NCBI GenBank assembly: GCA_963809375.1
Contig: CAWEJO010000011.1
Coordinates: 5,028 to 69,027, forward strand
Direction: 5' to 3'
DNA length: 64,000 nt
Origin: an uncultured Chloroflexia bacterium
GTDB taxonomy: Bacteria; Chloroflexota; Limnocylindria; Limnocylindrales; CSP1-4
Made by a program: the position numbers and the translations under genes. The notes under the pieces are model-generated. The model made no database searches and had not been told where the DNA came from. It saw only the letters and a list, made by a program, of their open reading frames with translations. This document shows positions 9,997 through 19,955 of the stretch, in pieces (within the stretch, counting starts at the first letter, position 1; each line of letters opens with the position of its first letter).

Positions 9997-10839
9997 CTAC
10001 TTGAAGGTCAGCGATCCCGTGTCGGTGAGGGTGATCGTGAGCACGTCGCTCGCGATGGCGTAGCTGGCGGCGTTGCTCAGCCCGACGAGGTACAGATCGG
10101 CGAGCGAACCCTCCGGGCAGGCGGCCATGGTCGAGGGCCCCAGGGTGATCGTCATGCCGCCCGCCGCGGTTGTCCGGTACGTGCCGACGACCTGGTTGCA
10201 GTCGGCCCTCGCGGCGTAGCTGCCGTCGGGCTTGAACTCGATCGTGTACCTCGACTGGTCGGCATCCGGCACGACGCTCTGGGAGGCAGGCCGCATCTCC
10301 GTGATCGAGGTCAGCTGCCAGGCCTTGCCGAGCAGCGCGGGGTCGGGGCTCCCAACGGCGGCCGGGGACGCGGCTGGCGCGGCGGACGCGGCGGCGCTCG
10401 GCGAGGCGCTATCCGGCGGGCCGGCGACGAAGGTCAGCGTGCCGCCGCCGCCGAGCGTGATCGTCAGCTGGCCGTTCGCGATCGCATAGCTCGCAGCGGC
10501 GGCCAGCGCGTGGAGGTAGAGGTCGCTCAGCGACCCTGCCGGACACGCCATCAGCGTCGTCGGTCCGGGAGCGATCGTCATCTTGGATGCGGTCGTCGTG
10601 TACGTGCCAACGACCCGGTTGCAGTCGGCGAGCGCGCTGAACGTCCCGTCGGTATTGAAGGTGATCGTGTAGCGGGCCTGTTCGGCTGCGGGGACGACGG
10701 CCTGGAACGCCGGCGTCTGCTCGGACATCGCCGTGAGCTGCCAGTTCTTGGCAGTGAGATCAGCCGTGCTGCTGCCGGAGCAGGCGGCGAGGCCGGCGAT
10801 CGCGGCGACGGTGACCGCTGCCAGGATGATCCTGCGCAT
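9997..10839 (-). CDS. Lipoprotein with two tandem META (HslJ-like) domains
   Basis: Intact 280-aa ORF. MRRIILAAVTVAAIAGLAACSG is a signal peptide with a lipobox. Two homologous halves follow (WQLTAM...RYTITFNTDGTFSALADCNRVVGTYTT...MACP and WQLTSI...RYTIEFKPDGSYAARADCNQVVGTYRT...AACP), joined by an A/S/P linker. Confidence 0.85.
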   Translation of the reverse strand: MRRIILAAVTVAAIAGLAACSGSSTADLTAKNWQLTAMSEQTPAFQAVVPAAEQARYTITFNTDGTFSALADCNRVVGTYTTTASKMTIAPGPTTLMACPAGSLSDLYLHALAAAASYAIANGQLTITLGGGGTLTFVAGPPDSASPSAAASAAPAASPAAVGSPDPALLGKAWQLTSITEMRPASQSVVPDADQSRYTIEFKPDGSYAARADCNQVVGTYRTTAAGGMTITLGPSTMAACPEGSLADLYLVGLSNAASYAIASDVLTITLTDTGSLTFK

Positions 10840-11127
10840 GGATCCACGTTCCTTTCCGAGGGGGTCGAACGCGGGCGGAGCGACTGGCCCCGAAATGCGC
10901 CGGCGAGCGTGCCGCGTCGCCCCACGGCGGGTCGATCATGGGCGCCGGCGCTCGCCTCCGGGTGCGTCCCACGTGCAGTCTATCGATTGGCACGCGACAT
11001 GCCCCATCCGACAGGTCGGAGCCGCCCGGCGGGCCGACGGCCTCGATCGCAGTGGTCAAAGCGGGCGGCGGTGGGATCCGGCGCCTGGTGTGCGATCGCC
11101 CCGGCGCCGGCGTCGCATACTGGCGAC

Positions 11128-11391
11128 ATGAAGCTCGGGTTCCTGCACCGGCACCACGGCGACGACGCCCAGGAATCCCGACCGCCGGCCAATGGCGGCG
11201 CGGACCTCGCGGCCGATGCGCAGGTCGTCGACGAGGCGGCCCGCGAGCGCGCGCTGCTGCGGGCCGAGGCGACGCGGCTCGACGATCCCCTGCTCCAGCG
11301 TCAGATGCGGTACGCGGACCGCTCGTGGACCCCGCCGGCCGAGGGTGGGTCGCGACGGGCCGACGATTCGGAGGGCCGGGACGAGCGCTGA
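11128..11391 (+). CDS. Small hypothetical protein (87 aa)
   Basis: ATG-initiated tail of track ORF 9403..11391 (MKLGFLHRHHGDDAQESRPP...LLQRQMRYADRSWTPP). Its composition is less Arg/Pro-biased than the upstream junk. I recognised no homology. Confidence 0.3.
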   Translation: MKLGFLHRHHGDDAQESRPPANGGADLAADAQVVDEAARERALLRAEATRLDDPLLQRQMRYADRSWTPPAEGGSRRADDSEGRDER

Positions 11392-11510
11392 TCAGCTCGT
11401 TCCAGCCTGAGCCGCCCCGGGAGGCGGCGCGGAGGCGCGGTGCCTGCACCCTTCAGCCCCGCCGGCCCGAGCTCGAACGCGAACAGCGTCCGACTGATGG
11501 GAGGGGGAAG

Positions 11511-11586
11511 TGGAGCGGGAGACGGGGTTCGAACCCGCGACATTCAGCTTGGGAAGCTGACACTCTGCCAACTGAGTTACTCCCGC
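11511..11586 (-). tRNA. tRNA-Gly (anticodon CCC) with an encoded CCA end
   Basis: The reverse complement reads GCGGGAGTAACTCAGTTGGCAGAGTGTCAGCTTCCCAAGCTGAATGTCGCGGGTTCGAACCCCGTCTCCCGCTCCA. It has a 7-bp acceptor stem (GCGGGAG/CTCCCGC), a D arm, an anticodon stem TCAGC/GCTGA with loop TTCCCAA, and a GTTCGAA T-loop. Confidence 0.9.
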
Positions 11587-11753
11587 TCAGCGCTGCCAAT
11601 TCTAGCGAAGCTTCCGGGCGGCGCAACTGCGGCCGTCAGCGAGGTCTCCCGTCAGCGCCGGCCATCGCCGCCCGGCATCGCCGCGCCGGCCCAGGACTCC
11701 GCCACATGTCGAGAGCGGCGTATCGCCTCGAGCCGTCAGCCCGCGACCGACCC

Positions 11754-12539
11754 TCACGGTGACGGCGGTTGGCCGATCCGCTGCTGGACGTCGAGGAGCG
11801 GCTGCTGGCTCACGGTGACGAAGCCCTCGCGCGGCCGATCGATGTCGATCACCAGCGTCAGGACCGCCCCGAGGGCGATCACCACCACGGCGGCGCTCAG
11901 GACGCTCCGCCGTCGCTTGAGGCCTGCGGAGTAGCCGACCATGCCAAGCGTCAGCATCGAGCCCGCGATCAGGAGCCAGAGCACCGTTCCGGGCACCCGG
12001 GTATAGAGGGCCGCGGTGATCCGCGACTGGCCGACGTTGACGATCTCGGTCAGCGATTCGCCGAACGAGGCGATGAGATCGGAGCTGTTCACGCTCGCGA
12101 CCTCTTCCTCGATCGCCCACATCTCGTCCTGCAGCTCCGCCCCGCGCTGGATGTTCGCCGAGACCGGTGACGTAGCCGAAGACACGATGCGCAGAGGCAG
12201 GTACGTGCGCAGGAGCTCTCTTGCCTGGTCCCGAGCCGGCTGGGGCAGGTAGCCCGCCCGCAGGAAGGCCGTCTCGATCGCATTGGCCTCCTCGAGCACG
12301 AGCCCGCGCCGGGAATCGAAGCGATCGGACGCCATGCCCATGGTGACTGCCAGCAGGAACGCCATCAGCGCGAGGAGCGAGCCCACGAGCATGTCCGTGG
12401 GACCTTCCTGCTCTCCCGGCTCTCGATCCTGCCACCAGCGCCCGACCCGGAAGCCGATCTCATAGCAGGCCCCGCCGACGATCGCGAACAGGATGAAGAA
12501 CGCTGGGACCGGGATCGGGTCCAGGAGCTGTCCATCCAT
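11754..12539 (-). CDS. DUF4239-like membrane protein
   Basis: This is the real part of ORF 11754..12770, starting at the internal ATG (MDGQLLDPIPVPAFFILFAIVGGACYEIGF...). It has two N-terminal TM helices, a soluble middle and two C-terminal TM helices (VLWLLIAGSMLTLGMVGY, LSAAVVVIALGAVLTLVIDI). Confidence 0.75.
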   Translation of the reverse strand: MDGQLLDPIPVPAFFILFAIVGGACYEIGFRVGRWWQDREPGEQEGPTDMLVGSLLALMAFLLAVTMGMASDRFDSRRGLVLEEANAIETAFLRAGYLPQPARDQARELLRTYLPLRIVSSATSPVSANIQRGAELQDEMWAIEEEVASVNSSDLIASFGESLTEIVNVGQSRITAALYTRVPGTVLWLLIAGSMLTLGMVGYSAGLKRRRSVLSAAVVVIALGAVLTLVIDIDRPREGFVTVSQQPLLDVQQRIGQPPSP

Positions 12540-12850
12540 CGCCTTCGCCTCTGGTGGGCCTTCCGGGCAGGCCGCCCGGCTCCTGGCGCAGCCTAGCCGA
12601 CGAGGGTCCGACTCAGGCGCCGCCGGCGCGAGGGCCGAGCCCAGGGTCGGGTGCGGCTCGACGCTCCGAAAGACCGACAACGAGCCGCGGCTTCGCGGTC
12701 GCGCGTTGGTCGCCGTCCTGCGAAGATGGCCGGTATCGACAGTCTTCCGGTGGGACGATGTGCGTCGCACCAGAATCGACGTCCGAGATCGATGACGAGT
12801 CGCCCCCAGTCGAACCAGTCGCGCGCCGAAGCGGACGGAAGGTGTGAGCC

Positions 12851-14341
12851 ATGACCGACAAGCCCAAGCCTGTACGGCGGACGAAGGCCGTCCCGGACAA
12901 GGCGGTCGCCGCGGAGTACGACGCCGCCTGGCAGGCCGACCTCCCCGCCCAGGGCCCGACCTGGACGGCGCGGCCCTGGGTCAACCCGGCAGACCGGGCA
13001 GCCCGCGGCAAGGAGTCCCGGGCACGCGTCCCCCGCGTCAGCCATGCCGCCTTCGCGCCGGTGGCCGATCGCGATCCGATCGCCATCCTCGCCGCCCAGG
13101 AGGCGGATCGGCTGCCCGACCTCGTGCCCGTGCGCCACGAGCGCATGGCCGAGTCGGCCTTCGCGTACTACCGCGGCACGCCGGCGGTCATGGCGTTCGA
13201 CCTCGCGTCCACGCCGCGCTCCGACATCCTCGTCCAGGCGAGCGGCGACGCCCACCTGTCGAACTTCGGGCTCTTCGCCTCGCCCGAGCGGCAGCTCGTC
13301 TTCGACGCCAACGACTTCGACGAGACGCTGCCAGGGCCCTGGGAGTGGGACATCAAGCGGCTCGCTGCGAGCATCGTGATCTCGGGCCGTGCCAACGGGT
13401 TCACGGCCGCCCAGAACCGCGTCGCCACGATGGCGACCGTCCGGAGCTATCGCCAGTGGATGGCCCGCTTCGCGACCATGCGGCTCATGGAGGTCTGGTA
13501 CTCGTCGATCACCGAGGTCAGCATCCGCGAGGCAGCCGAAGCGACGGGCCTGCTCCAGGGACGGACCGGCGCGGCGCGCCGCGCGAACATCGAGAAGCTG
13601 TTCAGCAAGGCGCGCCAGCGCGACGGCATGCGCGCGTTCGAGTCGCTGACGGCAGTCGTCGGCGGCCGGCGGGTCATCCTCGAGGACCCGCCCGTCATCC
13701 TGCATGTCGAGGCTCCGGGTGGCCCGGGCGCGCTCGAGAAGGTCTTCACCGACTACCGGGCGTCGATGCCGGTGAACCGGCGCAGCTTCCTCGAGCGCTA
13801 TCGGTTCGTCGACTGGGCCCTCAAGGTGGTCGGCGTGGGGAGCGTCGGGACCCGCTGCTTCGTGCTCGTCCTCGAGGGTCGCGACGAGAACGACCCGCTC
13901 ATCCTCCAGGCGAAGGAGGCGACGCCCTCCGTCCTCGAGCCGTACCTCGAGCGGAGCGAGTACGCGAATCACGGCGAGCGCGTGGTCGTCGGCCAGCAGC
14001 TCATGCAGGCCATGTCGGACATCTACCTCGGCTGGACGCGGGGCCCAGGCGGTCGCGACTTCTACATGCGCCAGCTGTGGGACATGAAGGGCTCGGTGGA
14101 CACGGCGACGCTCCAGCCCGTGGGGCTCGGCTTCTACGGCGGAATCTGCGGCTGGTCGCTCGCACGCGCGCACGCCTGCACTGGTGACGCGGCCGCCATC
14201 GCCTCCTACCTCGGCGCCAGCGACCGGTTCGACGGCGCGATCGCTGACTTCTCCGAGAGCTACGCCGATGTCAACGACCGCGACTACAAGGCGTACCTCG
14301 CCGCGATCGAGTCGGGGACGGTTTCCACGCCCTCGAGCTGA
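12851..14341 (+). CDS. DUF2252 family protein, copy 2 (intact)
   Basis: 496-aa ORF colinear with copy 1 (ASGDAHLSNFG, DFDETLPGPWEWDIKRLAAS, VGVGSVGTRCFVLV, SESYADVNDRDYKAYLAAIESG). Confidence 0.9.
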   Translation: MTDKPKPVRRTKAVPDKAVAAEYDAAWQADLPAQGPTWTARPWVNPADRAARGKESRARVPRVSHAAFAPVADRDPIAILAAQEADRLPDLVPVRHERMAESAFAYYRGTPAVMAFDLASTPRSDILVQASGDAHLSNFGLFASPERQLVFDANDFDETLPGPWEWDIKRLAASIVISGRANGFTAAQNRVATMATVRSYRQWMARFATMRLMEVWYSSITEVSIREAAEATGLLQGRTGAARRANIEKLFSKARQRDGMRAFESLTAVVGGRRVILEDPPVILHVEAPGGPGALEKVFTDYRASMPVNRRSFLERYRFVDWALKVVGVGSVGTRCFVLVLEGRDENDPLILQAKEATPSVLEPYLERSEYANHGERVVVGQQLMQAMSDIYLGWTRGPGGRDFYMRQLWDMKGSVDTATLQPVGLGFYGGICGWSLARAHACTGDAAAIASYLGASDRFDGAIADFSESYADVNDRDYKAYLAAIESGTVSTPSS

Positions 14342-14501
14342 CGGCGGACGACCACCGGCGCGTCCTGGCCGTCCTGACGCTCCTCCGGACTTGACGCCGC
14401 GGCCGCCTCGCCCGCGAATGAAGGCGACGCGGCACTATTCGGCTGAACCCTCGGCGCGGGCCGCGCCACCGATCGACGCGACAACCGAATGGGAGCGACC
14501 A

Positions 14502-14994
14502 ATGCCCGTCGACCAGATCGAGCGCGAACAGATCGCCGATGGCCTCGACGGCGGGGACGCGCACCAGCCGTTCGAAGCCGCCGTCGCCGACTTCCCTGCC
14601 GAGGCCATGAACGCGTTCCCGCCGAACGTCGCGTACACGCCCTGGCACCTGCTCGAGCACCTGCGGATCACCCAGCGCGACATCCTCGACTACATCCGCC
14701 AGCACGACTACGTCGAGCGGCGCTGGCCGGACGACTACTGGCCGCCGAAGGACGCGACCACGACCCCGGCCGGCTGGGCCCGGACCGTCGCCGACTTCAC
14801 GGCCGACCTCGAGGCCCTGCGCGCGCTGGTGCTGGACCCGGGCGTCGACCTCGAGGCGACGATCCCGAACACGCCCGGCCACACCATCCTCCGCGAGGCG
14901 CGGATCGATGGCACCCACAACTCGTACCACGTCGGCGAGTTCGCGATCCTGCGCCAGGTGATGGGGACCTGGCCGGCCGAGCGACGACGACTGA
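14502..14994 (+). CDS. DinB-family (DinB_2-like) protein; 3' end uncertain
   Basis: An ATG preceded by GGGAG gives MPVDQIEREQIADGL...PWHLLEHLRITQRDILDY...GTHNSYHVGEFAILRQVMGTW. The frame then stays open to 16349 through the convergent gene. The nearest stop (about 14992-14994) is in the +1 frame. So either a terminal frame break or an unresolved end. Confidence 0.65.
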
Positions 14995-15046
14995 CGGCGA
15001 CCGGCTCCCGGGCGCGCTGGGCAGCTCCGGACTGGAGCGACGCGCC

Positions 15047-18000
15047 CTATCGCGGCGTTCGCCCTATCGCGGCGGCCGGGTCGGCTCTTCGGCCGAGCGC
15101 CGCGTCCAGGCGCGCGATGAACGGCGCAGCCTCGAGCCGGACCAGGATCCGGCGCGACGAGTCGGCAGCCGCACGCACCTCCGGATCCGTCGGGTCGAGC
15201 AGGCTGGCCATGTCGACCCCGCACAGGGCCTCGTCCCAGGCGAGCCCGAGATCGCGCCATGAGCGGAGGGCTTCGCGGTACATCGGCAGGGCGTCATCGG
15301 GTCGGCCTCCGAGCGCGGCGATCCCGGCCCGGATCGTCAGGCGATCTGCGATCGACCACCTTGCCGTGCTTGCCGCCGTCGCTCGTCGCCAGGTCGTCCG
15401 CGGCTCCGGCCGCGTCCCGCGCCCAGAGGGCGGCACGCGCGCCGTAGTTGCTGAGCGCTCCCGGCTCGCCGATCGCCTCGGCGGCGAGCCGGCGGGCAGC
15501 CCGCGCTTCCGCCAGCCGGCCGGCCGCGAAGTGCGTGACCATCCGCGCCAGCTCAAGGTCGAAGCCGATCATCCCCTCCGGGTGCTCGCCGGCAATCTCG
15601 GCGAGTTCACGGAGCAGCCCATCGACGGGCAGCCCGCGCAGGGCTCGAAAGACGATGGCGGTCGCGGCGGGGTCGACCCGCTCCATCAGTCCGAGCGTCC
15701 TCGCGCGGCAGCGTGTCGAGCTCGGCGATGGCCCAGGCCCAGTCGCCCGTCCGCAGGGCGCAGCACGCCGCCAGGCCGAAGGTCCACACGGCGTCGGCCC
15801 GTCGACCAAGTCGACGGGCGAGCGCCACGCCGGGCACGCCGAGCTCGAACGCGGCCCGAGGATCGCGATCGGCCTCCATGCCGAGTCCGGTTGTCGATCG
15901 CGCGGAGCACGGTCCGGCTCAGGCCGTGCGTCTGGGCAAGCGTCCTGCCCGGTGCGGACGTCCCCGAGCCCTTCCTCGACGCGCCCGAGGTTGACGAGAG
16001 CCATCCCCTTGGTCACGAGCGCCTCGGCCAGGAGCTCCGTGAGATCGGCCAGCTCCGCCGCCTCCAGCACGCCCTCGACGACCTCGATCGCTTTCCGGGC
16101 CTCATCGCTCATGCAGGCTCTCGCGATCTGGCCACGAAGGGCGACCACGGCCGGATCCGGCATCAGGTCGGCGAACTCGACCGCGGCGGGCTCGAGGAGG
16201 GCGCGTGCCTCGGCGCGATTGGCGCGGTTGGATGCGTCCAGGAGCGCTCGACCCAGGCTGGCGACCGCCCGCGCCGTCGCGACCCGATCGATCGAGCTCG
16301 CCGACGGGCGATCACCGCTCGCTGCAGGCGGTCCGCGGCGGCCTCGTAGCGTCCTGCGGCGTTTGCCGCTTCGCCCGCCCGCTGGAGGAGCTCGGCCGTC
16401 TCGGACCGGTCGGTCGTGACCAGGAGCGCCTGGTCATAGAAGAGCAGCGCCTGGTCGGGTGAGCCCAGGCTCGCCGCCCGCTCCGCCGCGGCCCTGAGCG
16501 CCGATCTCGCCTGTGCAGCGACGGCATCTGCCTCGGGGCCCTCCGACGCGTTCAGGCGTGCGGCGAGGTAGTGGGCGGCGAGACCGCCGGCCATCTCGTC
16601 CGTGCCGAGGCTCTCGAAGAACTCCGGCCGCGGCGAGGTGACGGCGCTTGCGGTCGCGCTTCGCCAGCGTGTTGTAGGCCACCTCGCGGATCAACGCCTG
16701 GACGAAGGCGTACTGGCCGCGCTCGGGGCTGCGAAGGTCGGTCTGGAGAGTCAGGATCTCGCGCTTCACAAGGTGACGGAGCCGCGGCTCGAGGACGGCC
16801 ACCTCCTGCATGCTGACGGATGCGAGCCCGGCGGACGTGAAGCTCTGGCCGAGGACGGCGGCATCGGAGACGAGGGCTCGCTCATCGGGCGGCAGCTCGT
16901 CGAGGCGCGAGGCGATGAGGGCGGTCAGCGTCTCCGGCACGGCGAGGCTCGTGAGATCCGCAGTCGGGCGGTAGATGCCACCGTCGAGCGCGAGCCTGCC
17001 TTCGGAGAGGAGCATCCGGACCGTCTCGACCGCGTAGAGCGGGACGCCGTCCGCCCGGTCGACGATCGCCTGCTGCGCCTCACGGGGCAGGCCCGGCACG
17101 AGCCCGGCGAGGAGCTCGCCCATGGCGGCAGCCGTGAGGGGCTCGAGGAAGATCGAGGTGAAGCTGCGCTTGCCGGCGCCCCACTCTGGTCGGCGCTCGA
17201 GCAGCTCGGAGCGGGCGAGGGTGACGAGGTAGATCGGCAGGGTCCTCGACCACTCGAGGAGGTGATCGACGAAGTCGACGAGGCCGCCGTCCGCGTAATG
17301 GAAGTCCTCGAAGACCATGACGACCGGGGAGGATCCCGCGAGACGCTCGATGAACGTCCTCCAGGCCGCGAAGAGCTCGCCGGGGGCAACCGAGCCGGCA
17401 TCGACGGCGAGCAGCGCCAGGAGGGCGGGCTCGACCCAGCGGCGCTCGCCCTCGTCGGGGACGTGCGCGGCGACTGTCTCGGCGATCCGGGCCTGGGTCG
17501 TGGCTTCGTCGTCGGTCTCGAGGAGCCCGGCCATCTGGCGGACCATCTCGCCGAGGGCCCAGAAGCTGATCCCGTCGCCGTACGCGGGAGAGCGGCCGTC
17601 GAGGAACCACGGGGCGTCGACGAGGCCGTCGACGTACTTGCTGAACTCCCAGGCGAGGCGGGACTTGCCGATCCCGGCTGGGCCGATGACCGAGACGAGC
17701 CGGGTTCGCCGTTCGCGGGTCGTCGCAAGGTAGAGGTCCTTGAGCAGGCGGAGCTCGTCGTCGCGCCCGACGAACGAAGCCTCGAGGATGTCCGCCCGGT
17801 TGCGTCCGCCCACCTGGGCGATGACGCGCAGGGCCCGCCACGCCGGAACGGGTGCGGACCTGCCCTTGAGCATCTCAGCTCCGGCCGGCGCAAAGGCGAT
17901 CGCTCGCGACGCAGCCCGCTGTGTCGCTTCGCCGACGAGCAGGGCGCCCGGCGCGGCTACGGACTGGAGCCGGCTGGCGGTGTTCACCAGGTCGCCTGCG

Positions 18001-18551
18001 ACCATGCCCTGGTCGGTGGCCCCGATCGTGACGACAGCCTCACCGGTCATGATGCCCGCGCGGGCAGCGATCCCTGGCCCGAGTCTCTCGACGGCGTTGA
18101 CGAGATCCAGGCCTGCGCGGACGGCGCGCTCGGCGTCGTCTTCGTGGGCGACCGGTGCACCCCACACCGCCATGACCGCGTCGCCGATGAACTTCTCGAC
18201 CGTCCCCCCGTAGCGGGCGATGACATCGCGCGCCAGGTCGAAGTAGCGCGACAGCAGCTCCCGGGTCTCCTCGGCGTCGCGCCCTTCGACGAGCGCGGTG
18301 AAGCCGACGAGGTCGGCGAAGAGGACCGAGACGAGACGGCGTTCCGCGACCGGCGGTTGGTCGGTGTCCGTGGCCGCCGGGCTGTCCCGATCGATCGGCG
18401 CGGACAGGTCTAGGCCGCAGACGCCACAGTACTTCGCCGTGGGTCGGTTGACCGTGCCGCAGGCGGGGCAGCCGGATGGCAGGGGCGAGCCGCACTCGAT
18501 GCAGAACCTGAGTCCCGCCTCGTTCTCGGTCCCGCACTTCGAGCAGACCAT
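15047..18551 (-). pseudogene. Double zinc-ribbon / class III adenylate-guanylate cyclase / AAA ATPase / TPR regulator, with about 6 frame breaks in the C-terminal third
   Basis: From ATG 18551: MVCSKCGTENEAGLRFCIECG...CPACG, then a cyclase core (VLFADLVGFT...KFIGDAVMAVWG), then a P-loop (VIGPAGIGKSRL). After KRRHLAAA the protein continues in other frames: AGGLAAHYLAARL... (ORF 16163..16594), SSIDRVATARAV...LMPDPAVV... (ORF 15294..16163), MEADRDPRAAFELG (ORF 15607..15879), LGLMERVDPAA..., and SIADRLTIRAGIAAL...ARLDAAL (ORF 15047..15556). Confidence 0.85.
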
Positions 18552-18752
18552 CGGCGCTCCAATGCGACGCGAAGGAGCGAGCGTACAACGCGGCAGTAGC
18601 TGTAAACGGCGATGTCCCTTCCGGGGCATGCAATCGCCGCTACACGGGCGGCAGTTCGAGGGCGTCGGAGCCCGGTCCCCGGCCCGCCGAGTCGTCACTC
18701 GTGGTGCATCCCACGATCAGAGCGCTGCACGTTTCCGAGTTCGTGACGACCC

Positions 18753-19591
18753 TTGCAAGCCCCTGATCGCGGTGGGCCACCCTGCCCCGGTCTTGCGGCA
18801 GGCAGACGTCTGTGCGCCATCGGCAGAAGGAAACCTGTAGCCGGCAAGACGGTCGTCCTCGCGTTCTTCGGGAGCGAGAGTGTCGCGGACGACGCGGCCG
18901 AGTCGCTCAAGTCCTGGTACAAGCCAAACGACGACGTGAAGCTCAGCGCGATCGGCGTCCTGGTCCTCGACGAGCATGGCGAGATCAAGACCCACAAGCT
19001 CGGCAAGCGCAGCATCGGCAAGGGGGCCGGGATCGGCCTGGTCCTGGCGGTGATCGCCCCGCCCACCCTGCTCGCTGGGGCCATCGGTGGCTGCATCCTC
19101 GGCGCGTTCCATCACAAGGGTCTCGGTCTCACGGCCCAGGACCGCGACCGGATCGCGGCCAATCTCGCCGGCGGCGGGGCGGCGGTCGGAGTGCTCGCGG
19201 GAGACTACGAGGCAAGCGCCGTCGCCGACAAGCTCGCCGAGTTCGGCGGGACACCGAGGTCCACGAGGTCACCGAGGAGGCCGTCGCCGAGGTCGAGGCG
19301 GTGGTCCCCGCGGTCGAGGCAGCCGAGGTGGCCGCGGGCGAGGACCTGACCATTCTCGACGGGATCGGCCCGACGTACGCCGACGCGCTGCGAGCCGGGG
19401 GCGTGACCACGTACGCCCAGCTCGGTGCGATGCAACCGGAGGCAATCGAAGAGCTCCTTGAGACCGCGAACGCGCCGCTGATTGCCGGCCGCCACGCCGA
19501 CTCGTGGCCCCGACAGGCGAGGCTCGCAGCCGCGCAGAACTGGTCGGGACTCCGGCGCTACATCGAGTCCACGAAGGTGACGACCGGCTGA
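18753..19591 (+). pseudogene. Stress-type membrane protein with a C-terminal helix-hairpin-helix domain, one frame break near 19250; start unclear
   Basis: ORF 18753..19349 gives KTVVLAFFGSESVADDAAESLKSWYKPNDDVKLSAIGVLVLDEHGEIKTHKLGKRSIGKGAGIG plus a glycine-zipper TM segment. After AEFGG the sequence continues in ORF 18812..19591 (EVHEVTEEAVAEVE...DLTILDGIGPTYADALRAGGVTTYAQLGAM), which is HhH-like. Confidence 0.6.
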
Positions 19592-19955
19592 CCGCGACCG
19601 CCACACGGTGGCGAACAAGCGGATCGGCGCCCCGGCCAAGGCCGTGGGCGCGATCGACTCCAGCCGAAGACGAGGCAATCATGGTGTCGATACCGCGACG
19701 GACGGCGTGTCAGGCGGCCGTCGCGCCCTGCTCTGGGAGGGGTTCGGGCCGTTCGCGAGGGAGTACGATTCGGCACGGATGGTTTGGTCGCACCGCGCCG
19801 ACGACGGCCCGTCCCAGCCCCCCACCGCGACAACAGTGATAACGAGGCGTTGACGGAACGATAACGAGACCGGCATCTACTGGACCCGGTGGGTCGGGCT
19901 CGGCATTGCGCGTGCGGCGGCCGCCCCGGACCGCGACCGCGCGACCGATGAGAGG

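Noticed and set aside
6206-11391. Long plus-strand ORFs 6206..7780, 7665..10004 and 9403..11391 (524-779 aa)
   Set aside because: All three are antisense to the SARP regulator and the META lipoprotein. They are dominated by R/G/P/A/D runs and have no recognisable motif. Only the last 87 codons (11128..11391) were kept as a weak candidate.
12593-14173. A 526-aa minus-strand ORF opposite DUF2252 copy 2
   Set aside because: It is a shadow of an intact, motif-rich plus-strand gene and has low-complexity R/G/A/D/E composition.
11392-15000. A genomic island integrated at tRNA-Gly
   Set aside because: There is no integrase or recombinase and no direct repeat of the tRNA 3' end. I saw no obvious compositional shift by eye, and the gene content is ordinary actinobacterial DUF genes.
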